Virus record (IMG/VR): IMGVR_UViG_3300045988_141214
Span: 1 to 41,533 of that record
DNA from: a virus
Strand: one strand, 5' to 3'
DNA: 41,533 nt
Within the stretch, counting starts at the first letter, position 1, and the number at the start of each line of letters is the position of its first letter. This document shows positions 20,986 through 31,179 of the stretch, piece after piece. The translations under genes and the position numbers were made by a program. Under the pieces are notes generated by a model, which had not been told where the DNA came from, did no database searches, and saw only the letters and a program-made list of their open reading frames with translations.

Positions 20986-21273
20986 CTACCTGGCAAGCAC
21001 CCCTATCGCCAGCGGCTTGTGCATGTAGGTATCGACGACCACGACGTCGCCGACGCGCACGCCTGCGCAAGCCGTCGTCATGGGAACGCCGTTTAGCCTC
21101 ATCGGGATAGCCGACGAGCCTCCGTCAACATCGACCGTTCCTCCATGGACGGCCTTTACGACCATGCGGTCGCGCCTGAACGCCGCGTCCTGGCGGGACC
21201 GCATGTCAGACAGCGCGCTCCTACGGCCCATCTCCCTGAACGCCGCTAGCTCCCTCGGGCTGATTTCGCTCAT
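20986..21273 (-). CDS. hypothetical tail-associated protein
   Basis: 95-aa ORF packed between minor tail genes. Confidence 0.5.
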   Translation of the reverse strand: MSEISPRELAAFREMGRRSALSDMRSRQDAAFRRDRMVVKAVHGGTVDVDGGSSAIPMRLNGVPMTTACAGVRVGDVVVVDTYMHKPLAIGVLAR

Positions 21274-22386
21274 TTACGACCTCCTCCTGAACACGCGCAC
21301 CTCCGAATCGACGGCGCAACCGCCGCCGAGCGTCAACGTCTGCGCCCTGACCTGGAATCTTCCTTGGACGCCTCCGGCCTCGTACGAGATGTCAACTGTG
21401 TCGTTCACCTTCACGGGGATGTACGGATGCCGTAAGCTGAGACGCCAGATGACCGACTGTGCCGTGGACAGCAGGGTCTTGGCGCGCTTGTCCGCATAGG
21501 ACTGCATCTCGCCATCGTTCTTTCCTGGAGGAAGGTCCATGTACGAATAGCCGCGCGTGATGGTCCTGCCGCGCCTCACCGTCGAAAGCGGGCTGTCTGG
21601 GCTGCGGTCCCAGGCCTCCGACGCGATTACCTTGCCGTTCTCGTCGGGCCCGTAAATGACGACCACGTGGTTGGCCGCATTCGTGTAGTCGCGCTCCTCC
21701 TCGATAGCTGGGTCCAACCTAACGTTGGGGTCGCCCTGGGAGAACGACCAGGATGGCGCGATCTCGCCGGGGTCGCGGTACTTCTCGAAGACGACTCGGC
21801 CCATCGGGTCGGTGAACGCCGCGCGGAACCCTGCGAGGTCGAGCAGGTCGTTCACCATGTCGAGCTTCGTATCGCCTATTTCAGAGTTGTTCTGCTCCGC
21901 GCCGATGCCGTAAGCCCTGGTGTCCGTGACCGTGTAGTCGCTGGGCTCAGCGACGACCGTTAGGCCGCACCCCTCGCACACGCGCTTCGCCACCGCAACC
22001 GCGTTCTCTCCCTTGGAGACTGTCACGGGGGCAGAGAATCGGTCGTCAAGCAGCTCTTGCAGACGACCGTACATGCGGACGCTAGCCGTCGAGTACCCCG
22101 CCCTGATGGAACGCCCAGGGACAACGGGGAGGAAGGTGCCGAGCACGACCTCCTCGGTCTCCCCTCCCGACCATTCAACGGTCATGTAGACCCTCACTAG
22201 GTCTGGGCCGAAATCTACCTCTCCGACCATGGGGAACTCGGCGCTCTCCTTGATGCGGGTGTCGTCGTTCCTCGTGACCACTCCGCCCTTGAAGGCGTTG
22301 AGGACGGCGGTCTCGAGCCCCGTCTTGCGGTCCACTCGCATGAAGCGGTAGCTCGTGTTCGTGAACCTCTCGCTCCACCTAGCCAT
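21274..22386 (-). CDS. minor tail protein (Tal / prophage-tail-endopeptidase-like position)
   Basis: 370-aa ORF, the second gene after the tape measure gene. The assignment rests mainly on position. Confidence 0.45.
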   Translation of the reverse strand: MARWSERFTNTSYRFMRVDRKTGLETAVLNAFKGGVVTRNDDTRIKESAEFPMVGEVDFGPDLVRVYMTVEWSGGETEEVVLGTFLPVVPGRSIRAGYSTASVRMYGRLQELLDDRFSAPVTVSKGENAVAVAKRVCEGCGLTVVAEPSDYTVTDTRAYGIGAEQNNSEIGDTKLDMVNDLLDLAGFRAAFTDPMGRVVFEKYRDPGEIAPSWSFSQGDPNVRLDPAIEEERDYTNAANHVVVIYGPDENGKVIASEAWDRSPDSPLSTVRRGRTITRGYSYMDLPPGKNDGEMQSYADKRAKTLLSTAQSVIWRLSLRHPYIPVKVNDTVDISYEAGGVQGRFQVRAQTLTLGGGCAVDSEVRVFRRRS

Positions 22387-24979
22387 TGCGCGGCCCCTCC
22401 CACATTGCCTCGGTGAGCGAGGCGCTCACGTTCCAAGCCGCATAGTTCTTTGCGGAGTATCCGAGCGTCCAGTCGGCCTTTACGCGGTGACGACCTCCCC
22501 AGTGGTCGCGGAACCAGCAGACGGCGTTGGAGCGGTCGCGCCTGATGGCGTCGATCTCCCTGTAGTCGTCCGCCGTTGTCACGATGTAGGAGTGCGAACC
22601 GCTCGCGCTCATGCTGCCGTCTGGGTAGAACGCGGGAAGCGAGGCGAAACCGGAACCGTCGATGAACTCGAACCACTCGCCGCCGAGCGATGTGGAGACG
22701 CTTGCATCGGCATCCAGGCCGAGCAGCAGCGCCCTGCCCGCGTCAACGCCGAAGTTGAACGCCTCGAAGCCGTCAGAATCGACGTGCGCGGTAATCTCAG
22801 CCGTGGTGGCGGTGCCTGCTGCGCTGTAGGCCGTTACGAGGTACGTGTAATCCACGTTCAGCGGCGGTAGGCGGTCGATGACCTCGTGGCCGCTCGGAAG
22901 ATCGTCGCTCAACATCTCCTGCGAGCCGTCTTCGAGTAGGCGCGCCACCGAAAGCCGCACGGTCGGCACGACGGTGCCGATTCCAGCAACGTTCGGGTTG
23001 CCCGTGTTCTTGAATCCGGCGCTGACCGGGATGTTGTCACGCGAGCCGTCCCAGTACTCTGGGCTGACGAGGAACCCGTTCGGCCCCATGACCCAGCCAG
23101 CCTCGCCCTGGAGAACCCTGACGTGCGCCGACATGTCGCTCGGATCGTTCACCACGTCGATGTGCGGGATGGCGGGCTCGGCGTAGTCGGTCCTGACGCG
23201 GCGACGGGCCTCAGCGGAGAGGGAGTAGCCGTCGAGCGCGACGAGCGAAATGGTGTAGTCCTTGAGGGTCTGCGGCAGGTAGGTGTCTACCGAGAAGGTG
23301 TACGAGCGTGCCGACACCGCGAGCATCGCCGAGTGGAGCACGTCGCCCGAGGCGGACAACAGCCTGATCTCCTGCGAGCTCACGCCCGATGAGGTCTCGA
23401 TGTCCCACTCAACCGTGAACGGGACGCCCTGCACCACCACGCCATCGACGGACGGGGTTGTGAAGAACGCCTGCGGCCTGTTCTCCGCGTGGATTGAGCT
23501 CTGCGGCGACCATGCGCCCCATGATTGGTCGAGGCCCTTGGTGCGGGCGCGCACGCGGTACTCGCCCTCCTTGTCGAGCTTGATGTCAGCGCGCGGTGCC
23601 GTTCCGACGTCAACTGTCGTGACGCTGCCAGCAGGGTCTGTCACCTCGACCTGGGCGGCGGTCTGGTCGGTGCCGTCAGGGTGGCTCCTGGTCCACTCGA
23701 CCATTACCGTGGCGGGGAGAGCGTACACGCTTGCGAACTCGCCGAGCGTCGGAGCGTTCGGCGGGACGATGGTGGTCACGCTGCCCGAGTAGGTGTATGC
23801 GGAGTACAGGTTGCCCCTGCGCGACCTCACCCTTGCCTTGACAGCGCCGCCGCCAGCGTCAACGTCTACGGACGCGCCCATGACGGCCTCGTTGCTCCAC
23901 GGGCCGTCGTTCACGGAGACCTGATAGCGGAAGTCCTCGGCATACCTGCTGCCGCTCTCGACAGTGATCCTGACCTTGGTTCCGCCGATCTTGCCGAGCC
24001 TGACGGACTTCGGTGCGGCGGGCGTGGTGTAGATGTAATCCTGCTGGGTGCTGTAGTCCGAGTAGAGGCCGTTGTACGCCCTCACGCGGTAGTCGTAGCG
24101 GTGGTTGCTGCTGATGCCGTTGTCGGTGTAGTTGGTGGTCCCAGAGCCGAGCGTGGCGATCTGCGTCCACCCGCCCTCGTCGGTGCGGCGCTCGAGCAGC
24201 ACGTTGACGTAGGTGTGCTCCGCGCGCTCGCCGAGCCTCCACCAGACCTTGGCCTGGGTGTCGGACGAGCGCGAGGCACCGCACCCGCTCGGCGCGGAGG
24301 GCGTCGTGTACACGTAGTCGGAGTGCGAGGCAGCGGTCCATCCCGCGTTGTTGGCGGCGTGGACGGCGTAGCGGTAGCGGTGGTTGGCGTACACGTCGTT
24401 GTCGGTGAAGCTCGTAGGGAGGTTGCCCTTCGCGTCGGGGTTCAGCACCTTCAGCTCACGCCAATCGCCGCCGTCAACGGTCCTCGTGACCTTGAGCTGC
24501 GTGTACTTCTTGACCACACCCTCGGGGTTGTTCTTCCACCTCATGCCGTTCTGGCGGTCGCTGTTGCGCCATGCGGTCATGTCGCTCGGGGACTTGGGCA
24601 CCTCGTACGGGATGGCGGGCGCGTTCTGCCACTCGTGGCAGCTCGTGGTGATGCCGACGCCTCCGTAGCCGTTCACCGTGCGGGACTCCGACCACGCCTC
24701 CACCTTGATGTCGCGGCCCGCGTCGCCCCTGGCGATGTCGCGCGTGCCGCTGACGTCGATGACGACCTGGCCACTGTAGGTGCAGGCGCCGTCCCACGGC
24801 CCGACCTCGTGCCCGTCGATTGAGACGTGGAGCCGGACGCCCCACAGGTACCAGTTGCCGAACTGGATGTTGCAGGACCAGTGGATGCGCGTCGTGGTCG
24901 CATCGATGTTCTCCTTCCAGCTCGCCAGGTTGATGGCGTAGAAGGTGGAGCCTCTCTTGATTGCAACGCCCTGTGCCAT
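22379..24979 (-). CDS. minor tail protein with fibronectin-III-like repeats (Dit-like C-terminal part)
   Basis: 866-aa ORF directly after the tape measure gene. It has repeated ~90-aa modules with W...Y.Y.V.A.N..G.S conservation (HRYRYAVHAANNAGW, HRYDYRVRAYNGLYS). Confidence 0.55.
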   Translation of the reverse strand: MAQGVAIKRGSTFYAINLASWKENIDATTTRIHWSCNIQFGNWYLWGVRLHVSIDGHEVGPWDGACTYSGQVVIDVSGTRDIARGDAGRDIKVEAWSESRTVNGYGGVGITTSCHEWQNAPAIPYEVPKSPSDMTAWRNSDRQNGMRWKNNPEGVVKKYTQLKVTRTVDGGDWRELKVLNPDAKGNLPTSFTDNDVYANHRYRYAVHAANNAGWTAASHSDYVYTTPSAPSGCGASRSSDTQAKVWWRLGERAEHTYVNVLLERRTDEGGWTQIATLGSGTTNYTDNGISSNHRYDYRVRAYNGLYSDYSTQQDYIYTTPAAPKSVRLGKIGGTKVRITVESGSRYAEDFRYQVSVNDGPWSNEAVMGASVDVDAGGGAVKARVRSRRGNLYSAYTYSGSVTTIVPPNAPTLGEFASVYALPATVMVEWTRSHPDGTDQTAAQVEVTDPAGSVTTVDVGTAPRADIKLDKEGEYRVRARTKGLDQSWGAWSPQSSIHAENRPQAFFTTPSVDGVVVQGVPFTVEWDIETSSGVSSQEIRLLSASGDVLHSAMLAVSARSYTFSVDTYLPQTLKDYTISLVALDGYSLSAEARRRVRTDYAEPAIPHIDVVNDPSDMSAHVRVLQGEAGWVMGPNGFLVSPEYWDGSRDNIPVSAGFKNTGNPNVAGIGTVVPTVRLSVARLLEDGSQEMLSDDLPSGHEVIDRLPPLNVDYTYLVTAYSAAGTATTAEITAHVDSDGFEAFNFGVDAGRALLLGLDADASVSTSLGGEWFEFIDGSGFASLPAFYPDGSMSASGSHSYIVTTADDYREIDAIRRDRSNAVCWFRDHWGGRHRVKADWTLGYSAKNYAAWNVSASLTEAMWEGPRNG

Positions 24980-27900
24980 TAGCGGACTCCCATCATGTTC
25001 ATGAGCTCTCTCTCGTGGAAAATGACCTCGACTGCCTCCATGACACGTGGCGTCATGGACTGGACCTGGGTGCCGTTGATGTTCAGCACGTAGGTGTTTC
25101 CTGTCCGCTGCGCAGTGCTTCCGCCGCGCATCGCGGCAACGGTCTCTTGGGCCACGACCTGCGCGAACGGGGTCACGTAATGGCGGTTAGTGAGCGGGAC
25201 TATCGCCTCGGCGCCCGCCTCGCCAGCGATGTGGCGCGTGATGTCGGTTGCGCGGGTTGCGATGCCGCCAGCCGCATGGAGGGCTATGCCTCCGCTAGCG
25301 TGCTTTGTGCGAAGGCCGTTCGCGCTGATGTTCAGGTTCTTGCTGAACAGGTTGCCGATTGCGTTGCCGAGGTCCCAGATGGAGTGACGCGCCGAGTCGA
25401 AGTTGCCCTTGGCCTCGACCTTCACCTCTTTGTCTTTTAGGTTGTTGATGGACTTCTTCGCGTCGTCGGTGGCCCTCTTGGCGGAACCGTCTGGTACGTT
25501 GCCGTGGGCCTGCACGTCTGCGTCCTTGTTCTCGAGATCGGTGCCGTTGTAGCTGTTGATCTTCTGGATCATCAGGCCGACGTCGCCGTTGCAGGACTTC
25601 CAGAGCTGGTCAAAATTTGCAGAGCCAATTTGGCGCATCTTGCTGGTGTCGGCACCGAGCGCAGCAAGGTTCTCCTGGAACGTGCCGACGCTCTGGCCCG
25701 AATCCTGAAGGCTCGTGGCAACCGCGATTGCGAAGTCCTGGTAGCAGAGCTCCTGCGCGGCAATGTCGTTCTTGACGCTCTCAGCGAGGTTGGAGGAGTT
25801 GAGCGCCATTGCAGCCATGGCTTCAGATGCCGACTGCGATGCGCTATCGACACCTACCTGCGCCTCCTCGACCGCTCCCTTCATCTGGATAACGGTGTTG
25901 CAGGCGTCCTCGTATGCCTTCTGCTCCTCCTGTGTTGCGGTCCTACCCGCAGCAGCGGCAGATTGAAGTCTCTGGTAGGCAAGCTCTTTTTCAGCAAGCG
26001 CCCTGTTGTAAGCATCGGTCGCTGATTTAAGCTCTATCTCCGCCTTGACCTGGGCCTCGATATAGCCCTGGACGACGTTTTGCAGCGCCTGCTTGCGGGC
26101 GTTCTCCTCCCATGCGCGGGCGTTCTCGAGAATCTTCTCGGTGCTCTTGCTGAGTGAGCCCCTGGCCGCGTCGGTGATGGATACGGAGTCTCCGGTGATC
26201 TTGTTATAGCCCTCGACGGCGAGCGACAACTTGCCTTGCTCGAGCGCCGTCAAGCTACCTTTGTTGCCGAGCTGTTCGATGGTTGCTACGTAGTTCTCGA
26301 GCGATTCCCTCGACACGGCGAACTGGCTCAACGTCTCCTGCGCCTTCGCGTTCATCTCGGAGACGCCTTCCACGGCCTCACGAGCGCCCTTGGCGACAGT
26401 TTCGTAAGACGTTGCGACGCCCTCGGCGGATGCGGTCAAGCCACCAGCAACGTCCGAGAACGTCTGGGAAGCCTTGGCAAGCTCCTCTTGGCGCTTGGCT
26501 GCGGCCTTCGCCCTTTCCTCACACTTTGCGAACGCGGCGGCGAGGAGACCGACCGACACGGCCACGGTGCCCGCGAGCATGATTCCAGGCAGCTGCATGG
26601 CCACGCTCTTCATGGCGAGTCCGAGTCCGTCAGCGCTCTTGGCGGCGGCTTTTGCCTCCGACGCGTTCTCTGCAAGCTTGGCGCTGTATGCCTCCATTGT
26701 CGCCTCGCTCAACTCCATTGAACGTTCGACGGCGCGCAGCGACGGCTCAAGCGACTTGATGCCTTCGGCGGCTTTCCTGGCCTCCTTGGTCGAGTTGCCG
26801 AACGCAGAGACGAGCTTCGCATTAGCCCTGTAGTCGTCAACAGCGGCGATCATGTCAAGGTTGTGCGACTTCGCCTTTGCGAGCAGGGATTGCTTCGCCT
26901 CGCCGGAGGTCATCATGGATGCAGCCATGGCAGCGTTCATGGCGTTCTCGGCCTTCTTGACCTTGCCAGCGGCGACGTGCATCTTGTCCCACGCCTCGAC
27001 GTACCTGTCCACGCCGCCAGCGGCCTTCACGGCGGCGTTCTTGGACAGACCGAGCGCGGAGATGAAGGACTTTGCGCTTCCGTAGGTGCGCAGGTTCGCG
27101 CCGTCCAGGTTCATCATCGCGTCAGTGAAAACGGCGAGATTGGACGTGGCCGAGCCGAAGCCCCTCATCAGACGGCCAGAGACGGACATGAGGGGTCCAG
27201 CGCCCGCCGCAAGTCCGGCCATGGCGATGATTGCCCGCTGACCGCCCTCATCCATGTCGGCGAAGGCCTGCGCCGCGTCGGCGACGCCCTGAATCATCGG
27301 GTCGAGCGCCTCAACCGCGTCAATGACCGCGTTGACGAGTGGGCGACCGACCGTGATGGCGATGGCGTTGAGCTTGTTCTTGAGGACTTCGATGCGCGAG
27401 GCCATCGACTCGTTCCTCTGGTCAACCTCCTTCTGCAACGCCGTGTTCTGCTCCCACGCGCTGGTGGAAAGCTCGAGGGCGCTGGAGAGGACGCTCTGCT
27501 TGTGCGTGACAGCCTCGGTCGAGCCAGCGAGGCGGCGCATGACGTCGGACTGGCGAATCTGGGTGAAGCCCAGCTCGCCCATGATGACGTTCATGTCCTC
27601 ACCGGCAGCGGTTGCGCCGCCGATGCCCTCGATGAGCGAGTTGAACGCCCCAGCGGCGTCCTCGCCCCACGCGCGCCTGAACTCCTCCGCGCTCATGTTG
27701 GCGCGGCTGGCGAACGCCTCAAGGTCGTCCCCGCCGTTGGCGACCGCCTTGCCGATGGACACGAAGATCTGCGACAACGCGGAGCCGCCCATCTCGGCCT
27801 TGATGCCGAGCGAGCTCATGGCACCAGCCATGCCGAGTATCTGGGCCTCGGACATGCCAGCCTGCGCACCGGCGGACGCGAAGCGCATCGCCATCTGCGA

Positions 27901-28530
27901 TACCTCGGACTCAGTGGTGGCCATGTTGTTGCCGATTGCGACGAGCGTGGAGCCGTAGTTGCTGAACTCGTCCTCTGCCATGCCGACGATGTTGGCGAAG
28001 CGGGCCATCTCCGTGGCGGCGGTCTCCGCGTTCATGTTCGTAGCGATGTCGAGGCCGCTGACGGTCTTGGCGAACGTCTCCAGCTTCCCGTTGCTGATGC
28101 CGAGCTGCGCGCCCAGGGCCTCGATGTTCAGGATGGTCTGCGCGTCCACGGGCTGCGTCTTGGACAGCTCGAGGGCGGACTTCGCCAGTTCCTCGAGCTC
28201 GGACTCGGTGAGGTCGGAGGTCTTGCGGACGTTTGCGAGGGCGGTGTCGAACTCGACGGCCATCTTGCCAGCGTAAGCGCCTCCAGCGACCATCGGCAGC
28301 GTCAGTCTCTTGGTCAGCTTGTCGCCGACCTTGGCCACCCGATCGCCCATGGACTCCCACTTGGCGCCGACCTTGGCGATGTTCGAGGTCATGGAGTTGG
28401 CGCTCTGGGCGGTCAGCTTCTCCATGCGGGACAGCTTGTTTCCGAGCCTGGATGCGCCGTCTATCGCCCTGTCGAAGCCGTTGCCGTTGAATACGGAGCT
28501 TACGGCGATTGTGATTGATGCTTTACCCAA
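24979..28530 (-). CDS. tail tape measure protein
   Basis: 1183-aa ORF, Ala/Gly/Met-rich and helical, positioned after the chaperone genes. It contains hydrophobic TM-like stretches. Confidence 0.9.
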   Translation of the reverse strand: MGKASITIAVSSVFNGNGFDRAIDGASRLGNKLSRMEKLTAQSANSMTSNIAKVGAKWESMGDRVAKVGDKLTKRLTLPMVAGGAYAGKMAVEFDTALANVRKTSDLTESELEELAKSALELSKTQPVDAQTILNIEALGAQLGISNGKLETFAKTVSGLDIATNMNAETAATEMARFANIVGMAEDEFSNYGSTLVAIGNNMATTESEVSQMAMRFASAGAQAGMSEAQILGMAGAMSSLGIKAEMGGSALSQIFVSIGKAVANGGDDLEAFASRANMSAEEFRRAWGEDAAGAFNSLIEGIGGATAAGEDMNVIMGELGFTQIRQSDVMRRLAGSTEAVTHKQSVLSSALELSTSAWEQNTALQKEVDQRNESMASRIEVLKNKLNAIAITVGRPLVNAVIDAVEALDPMIQGVADAAQAFADMDEGGQRAIIAMAGLAAGAGPLMSVSGRLMRGFGSATSNLAVFTDAMMNLDGANLRTYGSAKSFISALGLSKNAAVKAAGGVDRYVEAWDKMHVAAGKVKKAENAMNAAMAASMMTSGEAKQSLLAKAKSHNLDMIAAVDDYRANAKLVSAFGNSTKEARKAAEGIKSLEPSLRAVERSMELSEATMEAYSAKLAENASEAKAAAKSADGLGLAMKSVAMQLPGIMLAGTVAVSVGLLAAAFAKCEERAKAAAKRQEELAKASQTFSDVAGGLTASAEGVATSYETVAKGAREAVEGVSEMNAKAQETLSQFAVSRESLENYVATIEQLGNKGSLTALEQGKLSLAVEGYNKITGDSVSITDAARGSLSKSTEKILENARAWEENARKQALQNVVQGYIEAQVKAEIELKSATDAYNRALAEKELAYQRLQSAAAAGRTATQEEQKAYEDACNTVIQMKGAVEEAQVGVDSASQSASEAMAAMALNSSNLAESVKNDIAAQELCYQDFAIAVATSLQDSGQSVGTFQENLAALGADTSKMRQIGSANFDQLWKSCNGDVGLMIQKINSYNGTDLENKDADVQAHGNVPDGSAKRATDDAKKSINNLKDKEVKVEAKGNFDSARHSIWDLGNAIGNLFSKNLNISANGLRTKHASGGIALHAAGGIATRATDITRHIAGEAGAEAIVPLTNRHYVTPFAQVVAQETVAAMRGGSTAQRTGNTYVLNINGTQVQSMTPRVMEAVEVIFHERELMNMMGVR

Positions 28531-28957
28531 GGCTCAACAACCCCTCGTCGCAGGTCTTCTGCACGAGGTCGCTAACCTCGCGCACGATTTCTTCCTCGTC
28601 CTCGAGAAGCGCGCGAAGCAGGGCGCGCGGAGGTGCGCTGCCGAGCGGTACGCCAGCCCTGCGGCCAGCACGCTTGCCCTCGAGGATCACTGCGCCCGGA
28701 TTGGCGAACTCGATGACGCCGCCGCCTGGGTCTGTGGAGACGAACTTCACGCCGTTCGCGTAGGTGCGCAGGGCGAGCGACTTTGCGTAGGAGCCCGTGG
28801 GGTTAGCGCCCAGGCCGCCCGCGTACGCCTTCGCCTTCTCGTAGGTCGGTCGCACGAGCTCCTTGATGCCGCGCTTGAGCTCGGACGCCATCTCGGAGTC
28901 CACGGCCCTGAGTCCAGCTATCACGTTGTCGAGGTTCTGAACGCGGATTGAGAACAC
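28523..28957 (-). CDS. HK97 gp10-like tail component (tentative)
   Basis: 144-aa ORF. PTGSYAKSL ... GGVIEFANPG resembles the gp10-family DTGxLrxSi ... veyG pattern. It lies unusually between the G-T chaperone genes and the tape measure gene. Confidence 0.4.
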   Translation of the reverse strand: MFSIRVQNLDNVIAGLRAVDSEMASELKRGIKELVRPTYEKAKAYAGGLGANPTGSYAKSLALRTYANGVKFVSTDPGGGVIEFANPGAVILEGKRAGRRAGVPLGSAPPRALLRALLEDEEEIVREVSDLVQKTCDEGLLSLG

Positions 28958-28958
28958 G

Positions 28959-29530
28959 TCAGCCGACCCCTAACCGCCTCTTTGCTTCCTCGCGTTCCGC
29001 GCGGAGCCTGTCGCGCGCTCGGACGGCTGTCTCTCCCGGCTTCCTCCACTCGGGCTTTCCGTCCGCATCCCTTTCGCGTGACGCCGCTAGTTCGGCGTCG
29101 TATGTCATCTGCAAGAACAGGCGTGGCATGCCGAGGGCCATGTCGATTACCTCCGGCACCGACATGCCCCCGTACCTGCTCAGGGCTAGCAGTTCTCGCC
29201 AGAGGTATCCGTAGGGTTTGCGTCGGCCTCGGATACCTCCTCGTCCTCGTCCTCGTCTTCGGTCACGAGGTCGATGTCGATGTTGCACATGGCGCGGGCG
29301 ACCTTCATTTCATCGACCTTGTGCAGGTTGCCGATCTCGACGCCCTCGATACCAGCCTCCTCGCCTGCGATGAGACCAGCGAGGCAGGCCACCGTGGCGG
29401 AGTCGGGGTACTTGACTCCGTTGGAGCTCAGGGCGACGCGGGCGAGCATCGTGAAACCGTTGGCGTAGACGACCTCGCCGATGACCTCATCGCTGCCGGG
29501 CTTGGAGTAGACGAACTTTCCGTTTTTCAC
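28959..29530 (-). CDS. tail assembly chaperone G-T fusion made by a -1 programmed frameshift
   Basis: The -1 frame is open from the overlap region down to 28959 (…YGYLWRELLALSRYGGMSVPEVIDMALGMPRLF…). The slippery heptamer lies in the overlap. The first ~25 codons of the track ORF 28959-29288 are Arg-rich shadow. Confidence 0.7.
29186..29530 (-). CDS. tail assembly chaperone (gpG-like)
   Basis: 114-aa ORF with a GTG start and AAAGGAG 7 nt upstream. It has an acidic C-terminus and lies directly after the major tail gene. Confidence 0.7.
   Translation of the reverse strand: MKNGKFVYSKPGSDEVIGEVVYANGFTMLARVALSSNGVKYPDSATVACLAGLIAGEEAGIEGVEIGNLHKVDEMKVARAMCNIDIDLVTEDEDEDEEVSEADANPTDTSGENC
29213..29219 (-). 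other. -1 slippery heptamer A AAC CCT (X XXY YYZ)
   Basis: On the - strand the G frame reads GCA AAC CCT ACG. Slipping back 1 nt gives AAA CCC and then TAC GGA..., which is the T frame. Confidence 0.7.
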
Positions 29531-29598
29531 AGCGCGCTCCTTTCATCCGTTTGCGCTGCGGGAAATATCGGCCCTCCCTCCCCCGCCGACGCGGCATG

Positions 29599-29621
29599 AA
29601 AAAGGCCCCCTTTCGGGGGCC
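29599..29621 (-). terminator. rho-independent terminator after the major tail gene
   Basis: The - strand reads GGCCCCC GAAA GGGGGCC TTTTT, a 7-bp GC stem with a tetraloop and a T5 tract. Confidence 0.75.
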
Positions 29622-29644
29622 CTCCCATCCGCTGGGGCCGTCTG

Positions 29645-30700
29645 CTACTTGGATGCCTTGGGGGCATTGGCGGCGAACATGGCGGCGGCTGCGGCGCTGT
29701 CGTACGTCTCGACCTTGTTCACGACAGTGATGGTCACGGGGCTGGACTTCGCGTCGCGGACGATGGCGGAGTCGCATGTGAACTGGATCGTGGCCTCGTT
29801 GCCCTCGGGGTCGGCCTCGGGGAACTCGGCGCTGAAGGGAACGTGGTCGTACTTGATCTCGATATACTGCTTGGCGTCGGAGTCGAGGACGAACTTGGCG
29901 TACACGGAGCCGAAGACGACCTTGGAGGAGACGTCGGTGGCGGATTCGGAGCCGGTGAGCATCTTCTGGAACTGCTTGAAGTCGTCAGGGATGGTGGTCA
30001 CGCTCACGCCAGCGGCCAGCTGGCCGATGCCGATGTCGCGGGGCATGGCGCGACCGAGCGAGGACTGCGCTGCGGCGTTGTTCTCGATGGTGAAGGATGC
30101 CTCGGATACGAGGGCGACCTTCGGGTCGGCGCTGGCGGTGTCGAGCTTGAACTCGCAGTCCGTGGTGATGAACTGCCCGTCGTAGCAGGAAGCCTTGAGC
30201 GCGCCGGGAATCTCGGAGAGGCCGAACTTGGAGTCGATGCCCATGAGGGAGATCGCGGCGTCGAGGTAGTCGTTGCCGGAGGCGGTGATCTGGAGGTTGC
30301 CCACGCGGCAGCCGACCGTCTTGCCGATGCCCTTGTCGAGCTGGCCCCACAGGGTCAGGTACGGCAGGTCGGCGCCCATGGTGATGACGTGCTTGTGGTA
30401 GCCAGCGCCAGCGGTTGAATCGGGGCTGGACTTGATAGCGCCGAGGGCGGCGTAGAGGTACAGCGGGAACACGTCGGGATAGCACAGCGTGTTCACGGTC
30501 GGATTGGCCTCGATGGACTCGACGCGGGCGTTGGAGGCCGCACGGTTGCCGCAGGATACGGCGCGGGACGCAGTGCTCTTGGAGACGGCGTAGGGGGTGC
30601 CGCCAGTCAGGCCGTGCAGGTACTTGGGGGTCTCGGCTGCGGTGTCACGGTCGGTCTGCAAGGCGACAGCCGCGAACGCGATGGAGGGATTGACGGACAT
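29645..30700 (-). CDS. major tail protein
   Basis: 351-aa ORF upstream of the chaperones and followed by a strong terminator. The assignment rests on position and composition. Confidence 0.6.
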   Translation of the reverse strand: MSVNPSIAFAAVALQTDRDTAAETPKYLHGLTGGTPYAVSKSTASRAVSCGNRAASNARVESIEANPTVNTLCYPDVFPLYLYAALGAIKSSPDSTAGAGYHKHVITMGADLPYLTLWGQLDKGIGKTVGCRVGNLQITASGNDYLDAAISLMGIDSKFGLSEIPGALKASCYDGQFITTDCEFKLDTASADPKVALVSEASFTIENNAAAQSSLGRAMPRDIGIGQLAAGVSVTTIPDDFKQFQKMLTGSESATDVSSKVVFGSVYAKFVLDSDAKQYIEIKYDHVPFSAEFPEADPEGNEATIQFTCDSAIVRDAKSSPVTITVVNKVETYDSAAAAAMFAANAPKASK

Positions 30701-30710
30701 GTGAATCTCC

Positions 30711-31175
30711 TTAATTGATGGTTAGCGGGTCTATCTCCGCCTTGACGCGGACACCCAGGTCGATTGCCGCCAGGTAGAGGGCTCGGTCGTTCTCATAGGC
30801 GGTTCCGCCCTGCGAGACGAACGGCTCGGCATGGATGGCGAGGCCACCGAGCGTCCTGTCGGCTGCGATGGCGGCGATGAACCGCTCGGCCCAGCCGAGG
30901 ACCGTCTCAGACGCCTTGTCCACGCCCTTGCGCTTGGCCCAGGCCTGACAGGCGATGGAGAACTCGACGCGGTAGCATCCGCGCGCGCCCATGCCCATGG
31001 TCGTGGCCGTCGAACGGTCGCCGATGTTCACGGACTCGGGCAGCTCGCGGACGATGAACTCGAAGGGCTTTCCCGTGGTGGAGCCGCCGATGCTCACGAA
31101 CGGCCTGGGATCGCAGTCGGCGAGCGCCTTCTCGGCGACTTCCTCGACGTACTTGATGCACTCGGAGAACACCAC
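30711..31175 (-). CDS. head-tail joining / tail terminator-like protein (start uncertain)
   Basis: GTG at 31175 or 31172, just after the upstream TGA at 31182-31180. The longer track ORF start at 31262 would add an Arg/Ser-rich overlap. Confidence 0.45.
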   Translation of the reverse strand: MVFSECIKYVEEVAEKALADCDPRPFVSIGGSTTGKPFEFIVRELPESVNIGDRSTATTMGMGARGCYRVEFSIACQAWAKRKGVDKASETVLGWAERFIAAIAADRTLGGLAIHAEPFVSQGGTAYENDRALYLAAIDLGVRVKAEIDPLTIN

Positions 31176-31179
31176 GGGA

